A stretch of 13,134 nucleotides of DNA from Selaginella moellendorffii (lineage: Eukaryota > Plantae > Lycopodiophyta): assembly GCF_000143415.4 (NCBI RefSeq), contig NW_003314262.1, forward strand, positions 1 through 13,134, read 5' to 3'. How positions within the stretch are numbered: the stretch's first letter is position 1; each line of letters starts with the position of its first letter. The notes under the pieces are model-generated. The model was not told the origin of the DNA. It searched no databases and saw only the letters and a program-made list of their open reading frames with translations. The translations under genes and the position numbers were made by a program. Of the stretch, positions 8,841-13,134 are shown piece after piece.

Positions 8841-11243
8841 ATGAGAGAAAAGTTTATCTCGAGAGGTTGGTAAACTTTGCAAGGAAAGAGTGTGATGCAA
8901 GGTTGATGGAGCTGTCCATAAAACCCAAAGTAAGATGGCACCTGAAAAGATCTTAGCTGGCACACCATGGTGAAGGATAAAAAATATGAGAGACAATACT
9001 TATCTCTTCATTGAGTATTTTAATTGATCATTGGTTATAAACATATTTATAATTTATAAGTCAAGATTAATATTATTCCATATCAATAGTAGAAAAAACA
9101 AGAATATACTAGAAGGTGTTTAGGAATATAAATAAAAATATTAATCTAAATGAACAACAACTATTAGCTATTAAAATATCCTAGAATCTCCAAGCATATT
9201 TAAATATAGTCAATACTGCTGCAGGTTTGCTTAAGCAAACCAATTATAGATTTATAGTGTTTGGTCACTTTAAATCTGTACTAGCCATTCACACACGTAT
9301 TTACATTAGTATATAGAACTTTTTTCATTAGTGTATATGGGACTTAATTTTCTCCAAGATTTTATTGTAGATTAGATGTTATATTCTTCTTTCAACCATG
9401 CCCTGTACATATATATACAAACTTTACGATTACAATTCAAGTTCTTTAAATCTTTCTTGATTTCATATTAGTAGACGAGAAACAACAAATATATGAGATT
9501 ATAAATACTTGGTCAAAGGAAGCAAAAACAACATACTCAAAGGCATTATAATTAAAAGTAAAAGATCAACATTAAGCAGCAATACCATCATCACGAGTAT
9601 ATGATTCTCATTTATGGAAGTGACACTGTAAATAGAATGCTTTACAACAAAGTTGCAATTACACATAATTCTTTAAATGTTAAAATTCTAGAGTATTTTA
9701 TCCTTTGTATAGGATGGATCCAAGTGTTAAACTTTGGATTCATTATAACATCTGAATATGAGGTGAAAAAAATAGATATTGAGATTGTATTTGAAATTAA
9801 AATAAATTGTATATATAAATGACATTGAAAACAATATAGAGCACTTCTTATAATTACACTAAAAATGTAATGAAATCATAATATAGATATATAACTTTAT
9901 TAATTAGTATAAGTTTTAATTATTAGATATTAAAATAATATTTTTCTCTAAATTAGGTGATAATGCAAAGCCTCTATCAAATAGCAACTATTGCCCATAA
10001 AGATTAGATACTTAAATGACTATTTTTAAAATACCTGTTTAATAAAAATATTAAAGCTAAAAACTTAATAAAATAGTCTTTAGTGTATAAAAATATTTTT
10101 GTGAACTCCTTTATTTATGTTCTCTTTATTAGAAAATTTTTTTATATAGAGCATAATCCTTGATGGTAATAGTTATTTAAGAGAAATGCTATTTTAAGTT
10201 CTTTTTTGAACAACGCATACCATATTGGAATAAAATTTTCAACACCACAAATGCTTTACAATTTCATGAGTAATGAAGCATAAAAAAATTGAGGAGGCAT
10301 TAGAATTATGTATAATGGTTCCAAAAATAAAATTTTAATTATCTGAAAGAGGAGTTGCCTTCTCTATCAAGAGTAGAGTTACATGAACATATAAAGAAAT
10401 GCATTCGAGGTGAATACCATAATAAGCACAATTGATTGTGCTAGAGTTTAAAAAGTTTGAACACTTTAGAAAATTTAAACAAGTAATACAAGTTAATACA
10501 TTTTAGTGGGTTGAAGGTAATGTTTATAGGGAATACAAGTTTAGAACTACAGACTTAGCTAATATGGTGGTTTAGTTGTTTTCTACATTTAAAGACTTTA
10601 ATTATTTCTCAGATAAAGAACTATTAATATTGATTTCTTTATTAATTTTCTTTCTTTATTAAATGAGTTTTAAAATACTTACTACCCACTATTGGAAAAA
10701 GTTGCTCTAAATGTATATTTTAATATAAAGCTTTCTAGAATGATTTAGTCATCTTTATCTTACAATAGACCTTTATGCACTTTTATATAAAAGGCTAAGT
10801 TATAATAAAATACATATCATTTTAAAGATTTAGTGGAATGTTTATTTATTATAACATTGATACAACCTCTTGGTCACAACCTCACAAAGTAAATGCTATT
10901 GGAATTTAATTTACAATAAAACCAATTGAGAACCTTAAAACTCTCAAAAGAAAACAATGAGTAAGTAAGCCTAAGCAATTGAGAAAGTTGTACCATCTGT
11001 TGTGAATGTGACTTCGGGTATCGAAAGTTACTTGTCGACTAGTCCTTACGGACACTCTTACCTTACTGCCACAATGGCAGGAGGTTGGTATTGCTGGACT
11101 CTTTATCAGTCCCTCTTGTGCTAGTGGAGTTAACTGGGCATTTCGAGTGTACTTAGACCGGACAAGCATAAGGACAGAATTCCTACGTGTTATTAGCTAA
11201 GCATACTTAGCCCGGTAAGGAGTTCCCGTCAATGGTGGACAAT

Positions 11244-11255
11244 GCTCCGATACCA
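11244..11255 (-). promoter_or_regulatory. Primer-binding site (tRNAi-Met type) after LTR 1
   Basis: Minus strand reads ..CA TT TGGTATCGGAGC. The canonical plant PBS is TGGTATCAGAGC; the A-to-G change still allows G:U pairing. Confidence 0.9.
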
Positions 11256-11281
11256 AATGTAGCGCACGTGGTTTTGACCCT

Positions 11282-11310
11282 TTATCCTATGGTGATTTAC
11301 CATAGGATAA
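11282..11310. repeat. Perfect 12-bp inverted repeat (hairpin) near the PBS-proximal end of LTR 1
   Basis: TTATCCTATGGT-GATTT-ACCATAGGATAA. The LTR 2 copy has two substitutions. Confidence 0.85.
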
Positions 11311-11340
11311 CACCACGAAGTAGAACCTAAACCCTCTATG

Positions 11341-11394
11341 TGCCACGTGTTATATGCCACATGTCACATGCCACATGTCCATGCCACGTGTCCA
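11341..11394. promoter_or_regulatory. Tandem 13-14 bp repeats carrying G-box/ABRE (CACGTG) and CACATG motifs inside the LTR; 4 units here, 2 units at 12676-12702
   Basis: TGCCACGTGTTATA TGCCACATGTCACA TGCCACATGTCCA TGCCACGTGTCCA. The repeat is directly seen; the regulatory role is inferred. Confidence 0.65.
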
Positions 11395-11805
11395 TAAGAA
11401 CCCGAGGTTTAGGGCCTTGGGCCACTGAACGAAGGAACGGTGCGAAACTCCCAAGCATGGAGCCAAGAAGTGACGGAATCGAACCACAGAGCAACTCCTG
11501 AGCATAAAGCCTAAGGAGCGAAGGGACAGGAGCCCGGAGCGATTTGGAACAGTCTTGGAGCAACCAACATCCCAATGCCAGGACCAGCACGCAAAACTGA
11601 GCCAAACGGAGTCTAGCACTATTTCGGCATACCGGTGGCCTAGCGCGAGGATATGGGTACTCCACCAACTAGCATGGAATGGAACTTGGACTTAGACCCA
11701 AGCCAAACGCAGAATAAGGACAGGCACGCAAGCAGAAGCTAAACTATGCCTCACGTTGGTCGACCATACTCGAGCTAGCCACTATCCCTACTATACATTT
11801 GAAAC

Positions 11806-12422
11806 NNNNNNNNNNNNNNNNNNNNNNNNNNNNNNNNNNNNNNNNNNNNNNNNNNNNNNNNNNNNNNNNNNNNNNNNNNNNNNNNNNNNNNNNNNNNNNN
11901 NNNNNNNNNNNNNNNNNNNNNNNNNNNNNNNNNNNNNNNNNNNNNNNNNNNNNNNNNNNNNNNNNNNNNNNNNNNNNNNNNNNNNNNNNNNNNNNNNNNN
12001 NNNNNNNNNNNNNNNNNNNNNNNNNNNNNNNNNNNNNNNNNNNNNNNNNNNNNNNNNNNNNNNNNNNNNNNNNNNNNNNNNNNNNNNNNNNNNNNNNNNN
12101 NNNNNNNNNNNNNNNNNNNNNNNNNNNNNNNNNNNNNNNNNNNNNNNNNNNNNNNNNNNNNNNNNNNNNNNNNNNNNNNNNNNNNNNNNNNNNNNNNNNN
12201 NNNNNNNNNNNNNNNNNNNNNNNNNNNNNNNNNNNNNNNNNNNNNNNNNNNNNNNNNNNNNNNNNNNNNNNNNNNNNNNNNNNNNNNNNNNNNNNNNNNN
12301 NNNNNNNNNNNNNNNNNNNNNNNNNNNNNNNNNNNNNNNNNNNNNNNNNNNNNNNNNNNNNNNNNNNNNNNNNNNNNNNNNNNNNNNNNNNNNNNNNNNN
12401 NNNNNNNNNNNNNNNNNNNNNN
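11806..12422. other. Assembly gap (617 N)
   Basis: N run. It starts where the LTR's terminal C run is expected by comparison with 13113 onward. Confidence 0.99.
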
Positions 12423-12578
12423 GAATATGGTACAACAAGGTAACCAAATCCATACCCAAGGAACAAACGCGAAGTCTTTGCACCCAGACGTGTACCCACT
12501 CGGATCATCGTTTTCATCTCTGCGTATGCAACAAGATTAGTTGCCCAATCTCATTGGATAGTACTCGCTGAGACTCAT

Positions 12579-12590
12579 GCTCCGATACCA
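12579..12590 (-). promoter_or_regulatory. Primer-binding site (tRNAi-Met type) after LTR 2
   Basis: Identical TGGTATCGGAGC, 2 nt from the LTR's CA end. Confidence 0.9.
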
Positions 12591-12592
12591 AA

Positions 12593-13121
12593 TGTAGCGC
12601 ACATGGTTTTGACCCTTTATCCTATGGTGATTTACTATAAGATAACACCATGAAGCGGAACCTAAACCCTCTATGTGCCACGTGTCACATGCCACGTGTC
12701 CATAGGAAACTGAGGTTCAGGGCCTTGGGCCATTGAACGAAGGAATGGTGCCAAACTCCCAAGTATGGAGCCAAGGAGTGACGGAACCGAACCACGGAGC
12801 AACTCCCGAGCATAAAGCCCAAGGAGCGAAGGGACAGGAGCTCGGAGCGATTTGGAACAGTCTTGGAGCAATCAGCATCCCAATGCCAGGACCAGCATGC
12901 AAAACGGAGCCAAACGGAGTCTGGCACTATTTCAGCATACCAGTGGCCTAGCATGAGGATATGGGTACTCCACCAACTAGCATGGAATGGAACTTGGGCT
13001 TAGACCCAAGCCAGACGCAGAACAAGGACAGGCACGCAAGCAGAAGCTAAACTATGCCTCAAGTTGGTCTGCCATGCCTGACCTACCCACTATCCCTACT
13101 ATACATTTGGAACCCCCCACA
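12593..13121 (-). mobile_element. LTR 2 (529 bp, complete, TG...CA)
   Basis: TGTAG...CCACA termini form an imperfect inverted repeat. It is bounded by a PBS on one side and a polypurine tract on the other. Confidence 0.93.
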
Positions 13122-13134
13122 GCCCCCCCCCCCT
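13122..13134 (-). promoter_or_regulatory. Polypurine tract immediately 5' of LTR 2
   Basis: Minus strand reads A-G11-C, then TGTGGGGGGTTCC (LTR start). The tract runs to the window edge. Confidence 0.8.

Larger units (their letters stand above)
5987..10971 (+). repeat. Copy B of the ~6 kb direct mosaic repeat unit, truncated at the right by LTR-element sequence
   Basis: Same ordered blocks as 1-4641 at an initial offset of ~5988. Homology stops abruptly after 10971. Confidence 0.95.
11258..11805 (-). mobile_element. LTR 1 of an LTR retrotransposon (last ~8 bp hidden in the gap)
   Basis: Starts TGTAGCGC on the + strand (..CA end on the - strand), 2 nt from a PBS. Collinear with 12593-13113 at roughly 92% identity by hand count, plus a 27-bp repeat-unit indel. 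Confidence 0.92.

Noticed and set aside
11090-11165. Faint resemblance to the 5S rRNA internal promoter (GAGTTAA..CGAG..GTACT), suggesting a Cassandra element
   Set aside because: Too few matches and needs several gaps. It also lies outside the LTR, whereas Cassandra carries 5S sequence within its LTRs. An Infernal search with the Rfam 5S rRNA model would settle it.
11341-11394. Short repeats as a CRISPR-like array
   Set aside because: Units are contiguous 13-14-mers with no unique spacers, no cas genes are present, and the context is eukaryotic.
11744-12571. Long ORFs of 214-271 aa in the ORF track (also 6965-7447)
   Set aside because: Artefacts of translating through N gaps.
11336-12954. 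ORFs within the LTRs
   Set aside because: No gag, protease, RT or integrase motifs. Starts and stops differ between the two LTRs.

Overview
Eukaryotic, land-plant-like draft-assembly DNA with two N gaps and no intact protein-coding gene that I can support. Plant origin is inferred from PLS-class PPR remnants, a plant-type tRNA-Ala and a tRNAi-Met-type primer-binding site; the species cannot be determined. Positions 1-10971 hold two diverged direct copies of a ~6 kb mosaic unit (copy A starts before the window; copy B is ~5987-10971). Each copy strings together, all on the + strand: a palindrome followed by CTAG, a decayed tRNA-Ala(AGC), a frameshifted His/Ala/Pro-rich ORF with a hydrophobic C-terminal tail, a PLS-PPR gene remnant cut up by many small deletions, other unidentified coding-like fragments and a long AT-rich tail. 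The copies carry reciprocal large deletions. Copy B is cut off at 10971 by a minus-strand LTR-retroelement structure with two ~92%-identical LTRs. Both LTRs are followed by a PBS, and the right one is also preceded by a polypurine tract, giving a tandem, shared-LTR array whose two PBS-adjacent internal sequences differ. All alignments and counts were done by eye and are approximate.
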